In this document: positions 1-13,573 of the stretch, piece after piece
How the letters are laid out: every line of letters begins with the position of its first letter
Numbering within the stretch: position 1 is the stretch's first letter
DNA from: Haplodiscus bocki
Taxonomy: Eukaryota
Assembly: GCA_965655095.1 (NCBI GenBank)
Contig: OZ296651.1
Coordinates: 66,402,001 to 66,466,000 of the forward strand
Direction of reading: 5' to 3'
Length of the DNA: 64,000 nucleotides
Program-made: the position numbers and the translations under genes
Notes under the pieces: generated by a model
The model's database searches: none
Seen by the model: only the letters and a program-made list of their open reading frames with translations
What the model was told of the DNA's origin: nothing

Positions 1-1411
1 AAACGTGATAGAAAATGCTGCTTTGGCTCATGGAGATATGCGAAATGGCAATGCAGTTGTTTCCATATAAAATAATATACTAAATAGTGATTTAGTTTTG
101 TAATTTATTTTCAATTCGTGTACCTTTTGTACATTATAGATTGCTGTTTTGTTTTGCTATCCATCGGCCTATGGAAAAAAACACAATTTAATCAAAATGC
201 GAAAACCAACATGTTTCATGAATGAAGGATTACTTTCTCTTCTTCGCTTGAATCTAAATTTGTTTGCTCATCTTCCCATAACTTTAATAATTCCCCGCCG
301 GCCTTGGAAAAAAGATGTTTAGTATATATTATGCATCAAATTGAAAAACCCGTTATTTTCTGCACTTTGACCTGGTGTAAATTTTACCTATAATTGCCTA
401 TTTCTCGCTCCTAGACCATGAGAGACTTAATTTCCACAATTTCATGCTTCATCTTGTCATGGCATTCTAAAATGAAGAAAAACATGAAAAAGGATGTCTA
501 TGTATTTAATGAAAAGTACTATGAAAGTTTTGGATGGTTTTAATTGCTCGAATTTTTTTGGAGCTTCAGCGAACATCTTGAGTCTTGTCCATGGCTTCAG
601 AAAAAAGGGTGGAATAATGATTATCATCATTGAAATGCAAATGTCGACAAAAGCAATTTTATTGGTTACCGATTGAAACTTCCTTACATGCAACCAACCC
701 TATACCCCAAATGATAACCCCCATTAGCATAATTTGGAGAAGAATGTTATTCTAATAGCCTGTCCCATTCAAGCTCCCAATAATTTCTGTGATACTACAT
801 TTTTGCATAATTTATGCTTTTTGGAAATTACCACGCAGCGAAATATACTTCTCATTCATGGTATCATTTCCTCGTTTTGCAAACTTTAGTGAACGAGACC
901 GTCCTCATTGCATGACTTGCAAAACCAACAAGCAATGGTTCGTCCAGGGCAGGATCGATAGGATTTGAAGCAATGTTATCACCTATAATATACTTGAGAT
1001 CTACTATAGTCTTCTTAATATAATGTGAGCAAAAATTGATGATTCGGACTTCTATTAGGGCATGATAGATTCCTGTTTTCGACAAAAATACTGAATGAGT
1101 TTCTGAAAAGAATTAGTTGAGAACCAATATGTTATTGATGCTTTAGATTCTTCGCAAAAATAGCCAAGTTGGAGGCTGTCGAGTGTCTGAATTTGCTTGT
1201 TTAGATAATGTATGAGTGAACATTAATTTAATGAAAAGGCTGATAGAAGGTTCATGCGAAGACTATTCAAACGGCTACCCCGACCGTGAAAACCCAAAAA
1301 TTGAAAAAAAAGCCCAGCTTCGCCTCTGTGTTCAGTAGAATTCTGTTGGCGCAAGTGTTGCAAAGCACAGCTTCGCCTCTGTGTATAATATACCTTCCAA
1401 AAGTTTTCATG

Positions 1412-2764
1412 GGTTACATGACATTTCACCGCAAGACATTTCACCCCGGTACATTTCATCCCGGTACATTTCACACCGGTACATTTCATCCTACGTACAT
1501 TTCACCCCACGTACATTTCACCCCACGTACGTTTCACCCCAAGGACATGTCACTCCGAATTAAATAATTAGCGTGGCCTAACATTCTGTATAAACCAGTG
1601 GCAATCATTAAAATAATTACGCCCATCGATTAAAGGTAATTAGCGTTCTTAATGAAGACATTAATATTTCCGCGTCGGTAGATGCAATATAAATAAGTAG
1701 ACGCAATTCAAAAAAGCGACTTTTCATTTTTGCTGCCTAAAAACAAGTGTGAAACCACGAGGTGAAAAGGTATCTCAAACTCATTCACTAAACAACCGCA
1801 CTCAAAAACAACACGACAATGAGTAGCATTGAATTTGCAATCTAGCAAATCGAAAAAATTCTGGTAGTCGGCGGCTACGAATAGTACAAGAAGAGAATAA
1901 GTTAACCACAGCTTGGAATTGTGCCCAATATCAGACACTCAGCTGCTGAACCTCTGCAAATACAAGTGGGGCGTAGGTGATTTCGATTCGAGGGAACCAC
2001 AACGACGATATTTGCTTGGGAAAAGTTGGAGCGAGAAAAGTCTAAGAAGATCAAAGAATTCAATGAAGTTTCAACCCCGCAGTTTCAGTTGCATCAGCAT
2101 TGCTGGAAGTCTTGGACGAATACGCAACGCAATTGACATTGCCCTCTAAAACCAGTCTCTTCGAAGTTTCTTCGACGTAAAAAAATCAAATTTCTCGAAA
2201 ACTACAAGGCTTTTCCCAGCGAAAATTTAACACAGTAATTGGGACGATATCAGGGTTTTTCCTTTTCCCCCTGACCCCATCGCGATCCTCCAAGTCCCGG
2301 AAACAGAGAATCTGGGAAAATCGGGATTCAGGAAGTCTTGAATATTTTAGAAAATTTGGGGGGCTAAACTAGAAACGAACTCATGTACATCAGCCCACTG
2401 GCAACTGCTTTACCACTTAGCTACTTATGCTACATTACGTTGAGAAAAATTCGTTCAGCAATTGAAATGTGTGTAGGTATATCAAAAGAATTTTGCGTTG
2501 ATGACGTAATGCACTTGTTCATCGTTGTAAAGGGCGGCTTTTAGGTCAAGGCCTTTGATCGAATTTGTTCTATTATTTACACATCAATTACGCTATAGCT
2601 GTTCTTTCTTTTTATTCCGCTTGACTCTTTGTATTCGTTTTTCAAAAAGGTGGTTGAAATGTCTGAGGGGTGAAATGTTTTCAGGGTGAATATTTTTGGG
2701 GTGAAATGTACCAGGGTGAAATGTCCTGGGGTGAAATGTCTTCGGGGTGAAATGTCCTGACACC
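1412..2764. mobile_element. Non-autonomous foldback-type DNA transposon (Mutator/Phantom-like MITE)
   Basis: Ends GGTTACATGACATTTC and (rc) GGTGTCAGGACATTTC. The TIRs are built of ~15-bp tandem ACATTTCACCCC units (1419-1555 and inverted 2655-2764). Flanked by a 9-bp TSD GTTTTCATG (1403-1411) / GTTTTCACG (2765-2773). Confidence 0.8.
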
Positions 2765-5700
2765 GTTTTCACGATACCTGTTTTACCAAAACCAAAAATT
2801 CCGAAAGGCAGATAACAATTTCAACGTTGCTTCCCAAGTAGCGTATAAGGTTCCGAAAACCCCTTCTGCAAAAATAGTTTGCACCGAAAACTTCGGACGA
2901 TGAAACTTGATGCTGCACTTGACATTTTTCCTCAAAAATGCAAAAGATCAAAATCTCGTTTTATGAAGTAATTATTGAGGTATACGGGTACCGCCGAAAC
3001 AGGCGGTTTATGTATGCTTGAAGGCATCTGGTAAAAGTGGACGACTTTGAGTTTGCGATATTTTCACTACCAAGTTATAGAACATTTGCTGCAGAATGTG
3101 GATTAAATGGTGATGTTTATTGAACGACCATTCGACTGAAATTCAAGATTTTCTGGAAAAAAACGATCGTTCAAAATTGGGAGGACTAAAAGTTGCTGTA
3201 AAATGCATATGACAAAGAATTTTGTCATACAAGACCGGAGCTCTCCTCAAGGCTTGAAATATATAAGGAGAGGGGGTAGAAACACAATCATTTCACCGAA
3301 AAAGATGCACTTGCTAAGTACCAAACTCACATGCATGACTCAAAAGATTCACTGGACTTTTGATTGACTTTCTCATTCACTAGACTCCCGTGGCGCTTCA
3401 TGCAGTTTTTAAATCTTCCAGCAGTGATAACAAACGAGTCGGATTTTTTTTTAAAAAAATGTGCCGACTAAGGTATTTTTTTCTAAAACGGCCTCTCAAA
3501 TGGAAAGCAGAAAATATTCCTGTGGTAGCCGAGTGTCGTGTTTCTGTCTTCCGCTGTTTGTCAAACGGAAAATTTCTCTTTCGAAGTATTAAAGCACCTC
3601 AGTCGAGCTCCCAAGCGTTATACTCAGTGGAATGACGAGATGAAGCAAAAAACAGTTCGCCAATTTTTTCAGAACTGTTGCAGTGTCATTAAATGATTGT
3701 CGACAGTTTCCAAGTCAAACATACGTCACAGTAGAATAACCTCGAATTCAGAAATTTGGTTTAAAGTGTCCTACGCAATGTTTCACAGCGTATTGTTTAG
3801 CTTTTGTTGTTCGAAAGAGCTGACAACTCTGATGATTGACAGACGCGATAGGACGAGTTGAAAGAAGTTCCACCGTCTTATTTACTAACAACAGCTATTC
3901 AGATATTCAGATTCTGAAAACGTGAATCAGTTTTTTAATCAAGTACTAAAGTTCATTTTGACGAGTGATAGCTGAATTCCAAAACACTGAATTGGTTTCG
4001 CTGACCAATGTTTACCGACACCGATTCCTGATGGAGACTCACCGACTCGGGGCTCATGACTTTGACAACATTGATGCACTAACAGATTACTGCACCAACG
4101 TCCAGATTAAGGCAGTAGTATACCTTTTAGAGCATTGTTTTAGTGTCTCATTCAGCTCAAAAATGGCCCTGTCAAAAAAGTGTAGATCATTGTTGTTTTC
4201 AAAACTTCATCGGAATATTTCGCTTTGCCGTTCCGTCCGCGATTGATTTGAACGTGGCTGAAACAAAGCTCCTAACAGGGCCAATTCACATATTCATCAC
4301 AAAAAGGTATCTGAAGAAAATAGTGAACGAGTACTTTTGCCTATCTTGGAGATTTTGCCGCACAAAAACGTTGAGAGAATGATGAAGTTTCGGACGGCAA
4401 CCAAATCTTAGCATTCGATGTTTTGCAAATCTTGTCTTAATGTCCAGCTCAGAGAATTTTTTGTGATTTTTGAATGTGAAACGATGGCTGCTTCTCGTCA
4501 ACAAAAAATATGTAATCCAGCAAAAAGTTTTTTCCAAAACTCGGCCAGCAAATTAACCCGTCCTGAACTCTCGCTTTGCTAGCTAGCTCAGTAGTTTTTG
4601 AGAAAAACGGCAATTTAGAGTTGTTTTATTTTCAAAATTATCTTCCCAGACATTTTGTACTTTTTTGCGAAAAAATTAAGTTGGTGTTCAAGTTCTTATT
4701 TAACTGAATTTAATCTGATTTCAGTGAAGAATTCTTTGAACAGAAGCAAATGTCAATATGTTCCAGAGTTGTGTAATGAGATTCTTTTTCTTAATTTTTG
4801 CCCAAATACAGTAGCATGACTTTTATTACGGATAGTCCGTGTCAAACGTTCTAGGAAACAAAACTTTGAAAATCATAGTATTGTTGCAATTGTCAGCAGA
4901 GACAAATTCTCAATGAATAGAATTTCTGTAGATCCATTGTGAAGTGTGTGAAAATTATGAAATTATGTGTTCTCTTTGGGATAGCAGTGGAAATTCTCAA
5001 AAACCACTCTATTCCAAGCTAGAAAACTATCCCGAAACTCAACACAAGTCTCTTAATTCAATTTTGCGACTGTTGCCTTCCTACACTTCAACAAAGGTGG
5101 TCTCAGGCGTGAGTTCGAAAGGAAGGGCTTTCTCTATCTGATGAATGTTGTGAAAAAACCTTGTTATTATTAATAGATAAATTAGTTTTAGAAATAGTAT
5201 CAACTGGTGACTTACAATTATCAATAAAATCAGCAAGACAAAAATATTAGTGATATTAATAGTATGGAAATATCTAAACAAATGAAATCAATTAAGGTAT
5301 AAATCATAAAGGTAAAATATAAAAAAAAGGAAAAAGGTTATGAATATTATGAACATGAGCAGATTTATATAAATATCATCATCAGAAAAATGAATCATAA
5401 AATAATCTTAAGGGTTTTGTCACTTATCAGAGTTTTATTCAAGTTAGCATTAAATTTTAGAAAGTGTCCGCCAATTAGCTAGGACTAACTCAGTTGAGGA
5501 CTGATTGACTCTCTCAGTTGAGAAGAGTATTTTAGATAATTTTCCACATTAAGACCTGCAAGATTGCCAAGGTCTGATTGTCCGCATTTGGGCTAGGATT
5601 AATCTCACTGGGAGAATCGTGGTTGTGATTCTTGGCTTAGTTCAAGATAAAGAGAAGTTTAGGTTGAATTGAACTTAGTTAATTTACAATTTTTTTAAGA

Positions 5701-5959
5701 GTTAGAATTTTCAGCGTGGTTACTGAAAAATTTAGTTTACATCAGAAGAAAAGTTAAAGTTAGATGATAAAGAAAATATCACCAAAAGAAAAAGTTAGAA
5801 ATAGAAGCAAAAGTGAAAACATTATTGGACTCACGATTACTCCTCAAAGAGTACTGCACTGGATTCGATCTGCTGTTGTTGGAAAATGGATGAATGACTT
5901 CACGGATCGTTGGACATCTGGTCTGAGCTGAAAAGGCGCCTCTCTGAAGGGCGATTTTC

Positions 5960-6285
5960 GTCCGCTATATATACTAAAAATTGTGCTCTCGGGAGTCAAC
6001 GAAAATAAGAGTAGCACTGGATTGGCTCCGAGAAAGACGTAAATCACGTGACCTAGTCACGTGACTAGGGAGTCGTCACTATTCACAATATTAATACACA
6101 CATGACGTCAGATGACGTCAGATGACGTTATTGTCTCGGGAGTTGAGTCTTTTAATTTTTTTGCGTGACGCCGATGTTCATATAAGGTAGGTGAAATTGT
6201 CATGGCGGCGTTAGTTTTGAAGTGAATGTAAACAAACCGGGGACGCGTTCAAACTTGCGCATCGGCAGTCAAAATGGCGGATTTA
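5960..6285. promoter_or_regulatory. Pol II promoter-like motif cluster (TATA, CCAAT, 2 E-boxes, 3 CRE, YY1)
   Basis: TATATATA 5966-5973; ATTGG 6021-6025; TCACGTGA 6044-6051; GTCACGTGAC 6056-6065; TGACGTCA 6103 and 6113, TGACGTTA 6123; CAAAATGGCGG ~6270. Confidence 0.5.
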
Positions 6286-6399
6286 AATTATTACAATTTT
6301 AAGTTTTAGTTTTTCAAAGTTTTCTCTTTTTCTTTTTTACTGCCGTATGTCGAACACGACACCGTTTGGTGGGAAAACTTTTGGTGACGTTTGCCTGAG

Positions 6400-8300
6400 A
6401 GCTATTACTGCATTTTATAAGATAGCTCACGAGCGTAACTGTTATTCAACAATCTCTTCGTAGGTAGCTGCAAAGCTGACCCGTGTTGGCTCACAGAAAA
6501 TTTCATTGAACAGTTCACTCGCAACGGCAAATGGGAAATTCGTAGCACGCGACACGCCATCAGAGGATTTTTATGCTGCTGATAGTTTTGTTGCACACAA
6601 CATGTGAAACCACAATTAAAATGGCGTAAACAGCAAGTTTCATTAGAGAACAGTTTCGGAGTTGACTTTCGATTTTCGCACACCACCGTTGCTTGAAGTT
6701 TTCGGACAACTGATGTTTTTCAATTTTTCTCTTCAATTAGCATGCGCTGGCGTCAATATAATTATCGGGGCCCAAGCTGTTCCTTTTATTGTTTCGAGTA
6801 TTTTTTGTCGAATGAGGTTGTTGTCATCATTTCTGATTGCTTCAAAGATTTTTCTAAGTTTTGGGAGCTTCCTTTTCCACATCCAATGGGCATGCCGAGA
6901 AGCCAAGAAATTTCTGATGGACCACTGCCATATAAGCCAAATGTATTGCTCTGAAAAATATCACTGTTTGGTTAATCTAGATTTGCTCTCAAATGTACTC
7001 AACGGAGCAAGAACACNNNNNNNNNNNNNNNNNNNNNNNNNNNNNNNNNNNNNNNNNNNNNNNNNNNNNNNNNNNNNNNNNNNNNNNNNNNNNNNNNNNN
7101 NNNNNNNNNNNNNNNNNNNNNNNNNNNNNNNNNNNNNNNNNNNNNNNNNNNNNNNNNNNNNNNNNNNNNNNNNNNNNGCTCTAGTGCTTCCGATGGGCTG
7201 AAATGTATCTCCAGGGTTTGCAATTGAGACAAGTTTCAACCTCAGTGAAGAATGTCTAAAAAGTTTCGTCTCTCAAGGTTTTGGAACCAAAAACTGCATA
7301 GAAGCTGTCGTCGAAAGATCAAATAACGCCATCTGAGCCGCCACCAAATTGTGAAGCATTCGCAGGATTGGAATCTCAAAAAATAACTTTCATTGGAAAA
7401 ATATCTGAGCTCTGTAGATTGGGTTGCAATGTTTGTAGGTCTCTAATCAGCTGGGGAGTTAGTTCCAACAGATTTTTTGGCTGTCAGGAAATACGCTTGG
7501 AGAGAGCTTCTGCGGGACATGGAACGCTTCGACGAGTTGATAACAAAGAAAGTGTTTCAAAACAATCCAACGTAAAAAAAATGCGACAGCGGAACATGTT
7601 ATGAGAAGTCCAAAACGTCGTTTTTTACGATTGTCGCCATTTGGTTTTCCTGAGTGAAATGGGAGAGTAAATATCTTGATTCGACGGCATGTGCAGTTGT
7701 AATATTAGCCGCGATTTGCTATTTTCTCCGTTTTCTCAAGAACGATGTGAAGGGAATCTCAGCCTCGAAGTATTTTTGTCTAGTTTGAGAAGTGTTCAAA
7801 GGCAAAATTTCCGATAGTTTTTTCCCTTGGACGGTGGTAGACTTTTGCTTCAAACAAACATGTAGCGCACAGTTGTTGTCGTGAAGAGAAACTGATGTGT
7901 ATATTCTTATTTTGTCTACATATGGGGAAGTTGGCTAAAACAATTGAGTCTCTCGAAGCAGCGACTGTCCGTGCCCATATCAGACTAACGATTATCACGA
8001 GCACGATAGTCTTTCGAACAGAGCAATCCAAGACCATGTCACCATTGCGAGAGTGGTGCCTTAATAAAGTCCCAGCAAGGCGAAGTGCCACAAAAAAATG
8101 CTGCCATCATTTCAGATCTGTTGATGAACTACAGAGCAATGCTACTGTCAGTCCAAAAATGAACCGCAGAAACATTTAGACGTGGTTTTTTGAATGATTT
8201 TAGCTAGACTTACCCGCGATACGCTTGCTTGAAGGTCGATTTTAGTGATTAATTGGAGCAGCTCTTACTTTACCCAGCAGAACAATAAATCAATTTTATC
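6400..8300 (-). pseudogene. Possible highly decayed LTR-retrotransposon pol remnant
   Basis: Only faint motifs, e.g. minus-strand 'YIDAS' (RNase H-like) near 6750; many stops; interrupted by the assembly gap. Confidence 0.2.
7017..7177. other. Assembly gap (N run)
   Basis: 161 N bases. Confidence 1.
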
Positions 8301-9459
8301 ATGCGTGTGAAGTTTCTGGAAATTTGGCGCTTCACCAAACTGTGTAGCGACAATTCATATGGCTTGAATCTGAAGTAGATACTTCATTTTTTAACGCTGA
8401 AATTTGGTACAAGTTGTCCTTGTAGAGGTTTTTTGTGACCATCGTCTAAACCACAACCAATTCAAAACTATGGTCAGCGGCAGATTGACGTATTGGGTGA
8501 TTGGAGCGTGTAATGGAGTTTGCACAAAAAATTTTCCGGGTGTGTTCTTAAAAACCACCTTCTCCGTGTTTTACATTTTTTAAAACCGCACTTCCACCTT
8601 AATATATAATCCAACAAAACAGACTTTAAACGGAAACTCTTGTCTAAGAAGTCGCATTACGACACGAACGAAGGCTGTCAAAAAACTTGATCCAAATAAA
8701 AGCTCATCATTCAAGCAAAAACCTTGATAGTTTGCAACAGCGCCTGACACGGCATAAAGTACTGTTTTTTCGTGTTCGTTACTCGTTTCTATGCCCAGGT
8801 TGAAACTAGCCCGTTTTTGAAATGTAGTCTTGTTACTTCACGTCGAATGATTTACGATAGAGAAAAAACTTGCACAGTAGAATGATTTTTTCCACCGGAC
8901 TTTTCCACTTTATAATGAACTTGTTCACGTTTTTCAAAATCCAAAATGTTCCTGTGGACACATAGGTAGAATCCAGTTTTGGCAACCCTACCTAAACTTT
9001 TTCTCTGAAAGTCCGGAAAAAACATACGTATAATTTTGTTCAATAAATTTTTCCACCAAAATGTTTCTCTGGACATTATGCAGTTTTGACAACCCTGTTG
9101 AAAAAACTGTCTCTCAAAATCCATTTTTTGAAAGCGCGGTCCGGTATTTTTTGTTGGTTTTCTTCAAGAAAGAAACTTGCAAACGAGCTATCTTTGAGAT
9201 ATTTCACCAAAGGTGTCATGTCAGAGGTCATATACTTGCACATGTAGGACTCCAAACGGCAGGAATTTAGAACAAACTAATTGAAGACACTCTGTTGGAT
9301 CATGCACGTTTTATCAGTTTTGATCCGATGTGACCGATGTGATCCGATGTGATTGACTTTGATGGCTTCTCTAAGGAAGATTCTTGAAAAATCAGCTTTT
9401 TTTGCCAACTTGGACAAGATAATTATCCCGCGAAAAGCGGGATATTGCAATCACTTTCG

Positions 9460-9513
9460 TGTGTTTGTTTGTTTGTTTGTCTGTTTGTTTGTTTGTTTGT
9501 TTGTTTGTTTGTT
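9460..9513 (+). repeat. (GTTT)n microsatellite within the HINE
   Basis: About 13 GTTT/GTCT units. Confidence 0.95.
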
Positions 9514-9609
9514 AGCAGGGTTTCTCATAAACTACTGGTCGGATTTTGATGAAATTTGGTGAGTAGGGAGGTAATGATCAGAGGAAGACCGAGTTCAAAG
9601 TTGGGCATG

Positions 9610-10410
9610 AGTAGTAGAAGTCGGAGCTGAGCTGACGGGGGGGGGGGGTTGAAGACCCTATGTATTAAGATAGGCTATAGCAGCCGAGAGCCGAGAACGG
9701 TCTTCCTCCCATGTATTAAGATAGGGTATAGTTTGGCAATGTACTAAGATATGCAGCCGACTCAATGTAATAAGATAGGCAAAGTATTAAGATATGGAGC
9801 CGACTCAATGTATTAAGATAGGGTATAGTTGGGCAATGCATTAAGATATGGAGCCGACTCAATGTATTAAGATAGGCAAAGTATTAAGATATGGAGCCGA
9901 CTCAATGTATTAAGATAGGCAAGGTATTAAGATATGGAGCTGACTCAATGTATTAAGATCGGCAATGTATTAAGATATGGAGCCGACTCAATGTATTAGG
10001 ATAGGCGGCAATGTATTAAGATATGGAGCCGAGAACCGAAAGCCGACTCAATGTATTAAGATAGGCGATGCATGTACTAAGATAGGGAGTCGGTTCAATG
10101 TATTAAGATATGGAGCCGAGTCAATGTATAAAGTTATGGAATGACTCATTTTCGGCACAATTTTTGGCACTGTGAGATTTTTTCGAAAAAAAAAATTTCA
10201 AAAATTTTTGGGTGCCCACCGCCCGCGCGTATAATTATTACGGCTGCGGATAATTAATACGATTGCGGATACAGTTTCGACTTAATGCTATTTAAAAAGA
10301 TTGTGTAATAGTTTGAAAAAGTTAATTAGAATGTATAAAAATGGACAAAAACATGATATAAACTGCACATTTACATACAAAGATTACATCTAACTACTTA
10401 TAAAAGAGAG
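9610..10410 (+). repeat. Polinton left TIR (~800 bp) with internal CAATGTATTAAGATATGGAGCCGACT tandem array
   Basis: Reverse complement aligns by eye with 25072-25861; array at ~9660-10140; GC box GGGTGCCCACCGCCCGCGCG at ~10210. Confidence 0.92.
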
Positions 10411-10440
10411 CAAAAAAAATACATTTCATAATAAAATGGT

Positions 10441-12908
10441 TTAAAAGTTCAGAGGACGAGTGTGAATACCATCAGAGTCTACAAATCTCTTTGTATAAAG
10501 GTAAGAGAGCCCCTTTTTAGTCTGTTCTAAGTAGCCACACTGTGATGAACAGTTCGGAAACCTCTTTTAGTTGAGGTTACATTAATGAATTCATCCAAAA
10601 CTTTCCCATACTTTGCCAGAGGGCCATCACCACAGTCTTCTAACGTTCTTTTGTTCAAACTTTTGCTGCTGAATTTGTATTTGTTGGAATTGGAGTCATA
10701 ACAACAATAGGTTTTACTGCATAAACACAACATTTCCGTACAACAAAACTCCTCTTTGAAAAGACCAGGCTCTCGTTTATCGTGTTATTTATGTTTTGCG
10801 CAGCAGGTTCTAGGAAAGAAGTTGGTTGTTACATTAGCTATGAAGTCATCTTTGCAATCTTCCGTTCTCAACAAGCCCCATTCAGCTTTAGATTCTTCTC
10901 GAATGCAATCGTACAACTCTTTTTCAGACAGAGCCAAATACATAGAATCAGTGTCCATTTCTAACTCCTCAAATTTGTTGACGTCACAGAATCTGTCAAA
11001 AAAGTTGTAGTAAAGCTCCAACATTCTAAGTTTAGCGTATTGGAGTATGAAAAACCCAACAATGGTTGGTTCTCTGTGCTCAATCTCTGCCTTCGCCAAT
11101 TCTACTTCATACAATTGATCATTGATGTAATCCGAACGCTTGAAAAATTTTGTGTTGATAGCTCCATGTGTTTTCTCATCACTCAAATATTTTGTGACAG
11201 TGTGGCGTTTACGATCCATAATTTGATAGCCGTAGGAGCTGTTGGCAAGCAATTTCATTGTTTTTGCGACAACACTAGAGTTTGGATTCTCGTCTCCTTC
11301 TCGACGGGCATCGACAGCAGATTGCCCAAGTTTATTGAAACATTTAACTGGAGTGTATTCAACGAAGCGATAAATCTTTTTGCATACTAGTCCCAAGTCT
11401 AAATAAAATAGGAGCAGAGGAGTAATAAAAGTTCCGTTTTCAAGGAAATAGCTTGAAATCAACATTTTCCCGTGTTGAGATGGAAGTCCTTCTTTTTCAG
11501 CATAGTCTTTCATCAGTGATCCAATATCATGTCGACCTACGTTTGTATTTTTGGAAATGGGTGGAAAATTAGCAAATTTCTCCTTGAGCTCTTCAGGCAC
11601 TTCAATGTCACATTGTACATAACCAAACAATTTACCGCTTCTTATTTGTTCCAACAGGCTCTTTTCCCTCAGTGGACGTTTGTAAGGAAAAGATTCTCTC
11701 AAATGTTCTTTAACACACGTTGTCGTTTTATACAGATTCCACCACTCACATTCCCACATTTCAACAACATTATATCCTTTTTCTTTGATGTACTGCTTTC
11801 TCATCTGGTCCATTTCTCGCTTTTTGTTGCCGCGTTTGATATCTTCTTCAGTTAGCAAAGGTCGTGCTTCCTGACATGGACAGTAATGATAGAAGCAGCC
11901 CATGGCCTCAAACACAGTATTACAATGTGCGCAAAAACCATCTACCTTGAAAGAGTCAATCTTTTTCTGAGTTCTTGTAGTGTAGAAACTCTCAATTTTA
12001 CACTCAGGTCTTTGTCTTTGGAAATATGACATAACCATGTTCTCAAAGTTTCTGGATTTGTTCTGTTGAGGTTTAAACCTATTAGATTCTGTGTCATGTT
12101 CCCATCGCGTGTATAGTCCTGTTGGCATGGGCTCGCACATAGGATAAGGATACAGCTGACTTGCGTCAATGCCAACAATAGATTTACAAATATTTTCTGA
12201 TTTCCGGATAAAAGTTTCGTCGACTACAGCTTTACGTGTGAAGACGATAGAAGGTCCACCAACCATATCTTCTCGAATCTTTTGCAACAAGTCTTTATCG
12301 GTTTCAATAAATGGATGGAAATTGGCACTGGTAGATTTGTGGAGACAAATATTCGCCAACTTCGGAAGGGTACACCCAAGCTTCAAGATGTCAATTCTTT
12401 TTTTGTGATAAAAGGCAAGCATTTTTTGCATTGCTTCGCAATTTGTCTTCGATAACTTGAGCTGTGAGGTTGTTGACAGCAAAATTGAACACACTATGTC
12501 TTCATTTTCTATTTCAGAATCGACCCAGAAATGTCTAAACGACTGTAACTCTTCTCTCAAACTTTGACCGTCAACATCTCCCACTATGTCATCCACATCA
12601 ATATTGTTCGCTCCAAACCCATTTTGTTTTCCATGTTGAGTGTTTTTGTATTGACGTAAAGCATAAAAGCCAGGAAATTCTGCGTGACACAAATTACACT
12701 TGTATGTTTTTGAAGGTCCTGCTACACTGTGTGGTTTGACAATATGATAATTTAAATCATCTCTCAATTTAGTGGAGAAATTGGGACATTGAGTGCAATA
12801 CAATGTACCAGCAGAACAACTCTTTTTATGACGAGCAAGGTTAAGCTTCGTAATTTGCACACCACAATTTTCACAAGTACTTTTTTCGTTTCGATTGAGG
12901 GAAGGCAT
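10441..12908 (-). pseudogene. polB: Protein-primed family B DNA polymerase (pPolB) with N-terminal zinc fingers and inserted VSR-like nuclease domain; internally deleted
   Basis: Motifs DASQLYP, KLLANSSYG, MDTDS, SKTY; insert KVDGF...GCFYH...EMWECEW; N-terminal CxxC...H fingers. In-frame stops at ~10785 and ~10527; the frame continues to ...HTRPLNF* at 10441. Abrupt junction near 12440-12500 where the exonuclease region is missing. Confidence 0.95.
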
Positions 12909-13020
12909 TTCAATAATAGTAGTTCAACAGAATAATCTGAAAATTAACGTAACAATTTTAGCAACTTGATTGTGACGATGCAAAAAAATAATGGCTAAAA
13001 GTTTGTAGCAAGTGTTTTTA

Positions 13021-13060
13021 TTTTATATTCTCCAATTACGAGAAAATTCTAGAAAATTCC
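13021..13060 (-). promoter_or_regulatory. pPolB promoter: TATAAAA plus perfect 4-unit heat-shock element
   Basis: Plus-strand TTTTATA 13021-13027 (TATAAAA on minus); aGAAa-aTTCt-aGAAa-aTTCc at 13041-13060. Confidence 0.6.
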
Positions 13061-13375
13061 ATAAAAGGAAAGACTAACCATAAAAAGCAAGACTTACTTT
13101 AAAAGAAAATGCCGCATGAGCTGTCAATCCTTCCTTTCATGTTTAGACGAAACATCTGTTAACGTAATTAATTACCCCTTAATCCCCCGACAAGGCGACA
13201 GTTTGTCTGAGAAAATCACTCAAGTGGAACAATTTCCCCTGATAAGTAGACACTCAGTCTGCAAAAAGTAATCAAGTGGAACAAAAGGATCTTATTCTTA
13301 AGTGTCAATCATACCCGTAATAGGAAAATTCTTTTGTTTACTATACAATCAGCCTTCTGGTTAGAAGCTTTTATC

Positions 13376-13403
13376 ATTGGATTGTTCTAGAAAGTTCTAG
13401 AAA
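13376..13403 (+). promoter_or_regulatory. Second perfect 4-unit heat-shock element with adjacent CCAAT box, upstream of the rightward accessory genes
   Basis: ATTGG 13376-13380; gTTCt-aGAAa-gTTCt-aGAAa at 13384-13403. Confidence 0.6.
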
Positions 13404-13573
13404 ACTCACCAGCAAAAAGATTTTAACCACTACTGCCTCACAATTTATTAAACAAAATTGCAATACAGAAGTCTGATTGGACAAAACTGTTGTCCAAAGC
13501 ATTGGAAACCCTTGACAAATCAGCATTTGTTTTACTTTTCATTTTACAATCTGTTCTCTTTCATAATCAGTTA

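Noticed and set aside
1223-1567. ORFs with repeated TFHP / KCTG peptides
   Set aside because: Translations of the 15-bp TIR tandem repeat.
6662-7239. ORFs of 63-179 aa spanning X runs
   Set aside because: Artefacts of the N gap.
9660-10140. CRISPR-like appearance of the AATGTATTAAGATA array
   Set aside because: Intervening sequences are short and repeated, not unique spacers; it is part of a eukaryotic Polinton TIR with no cas genes.
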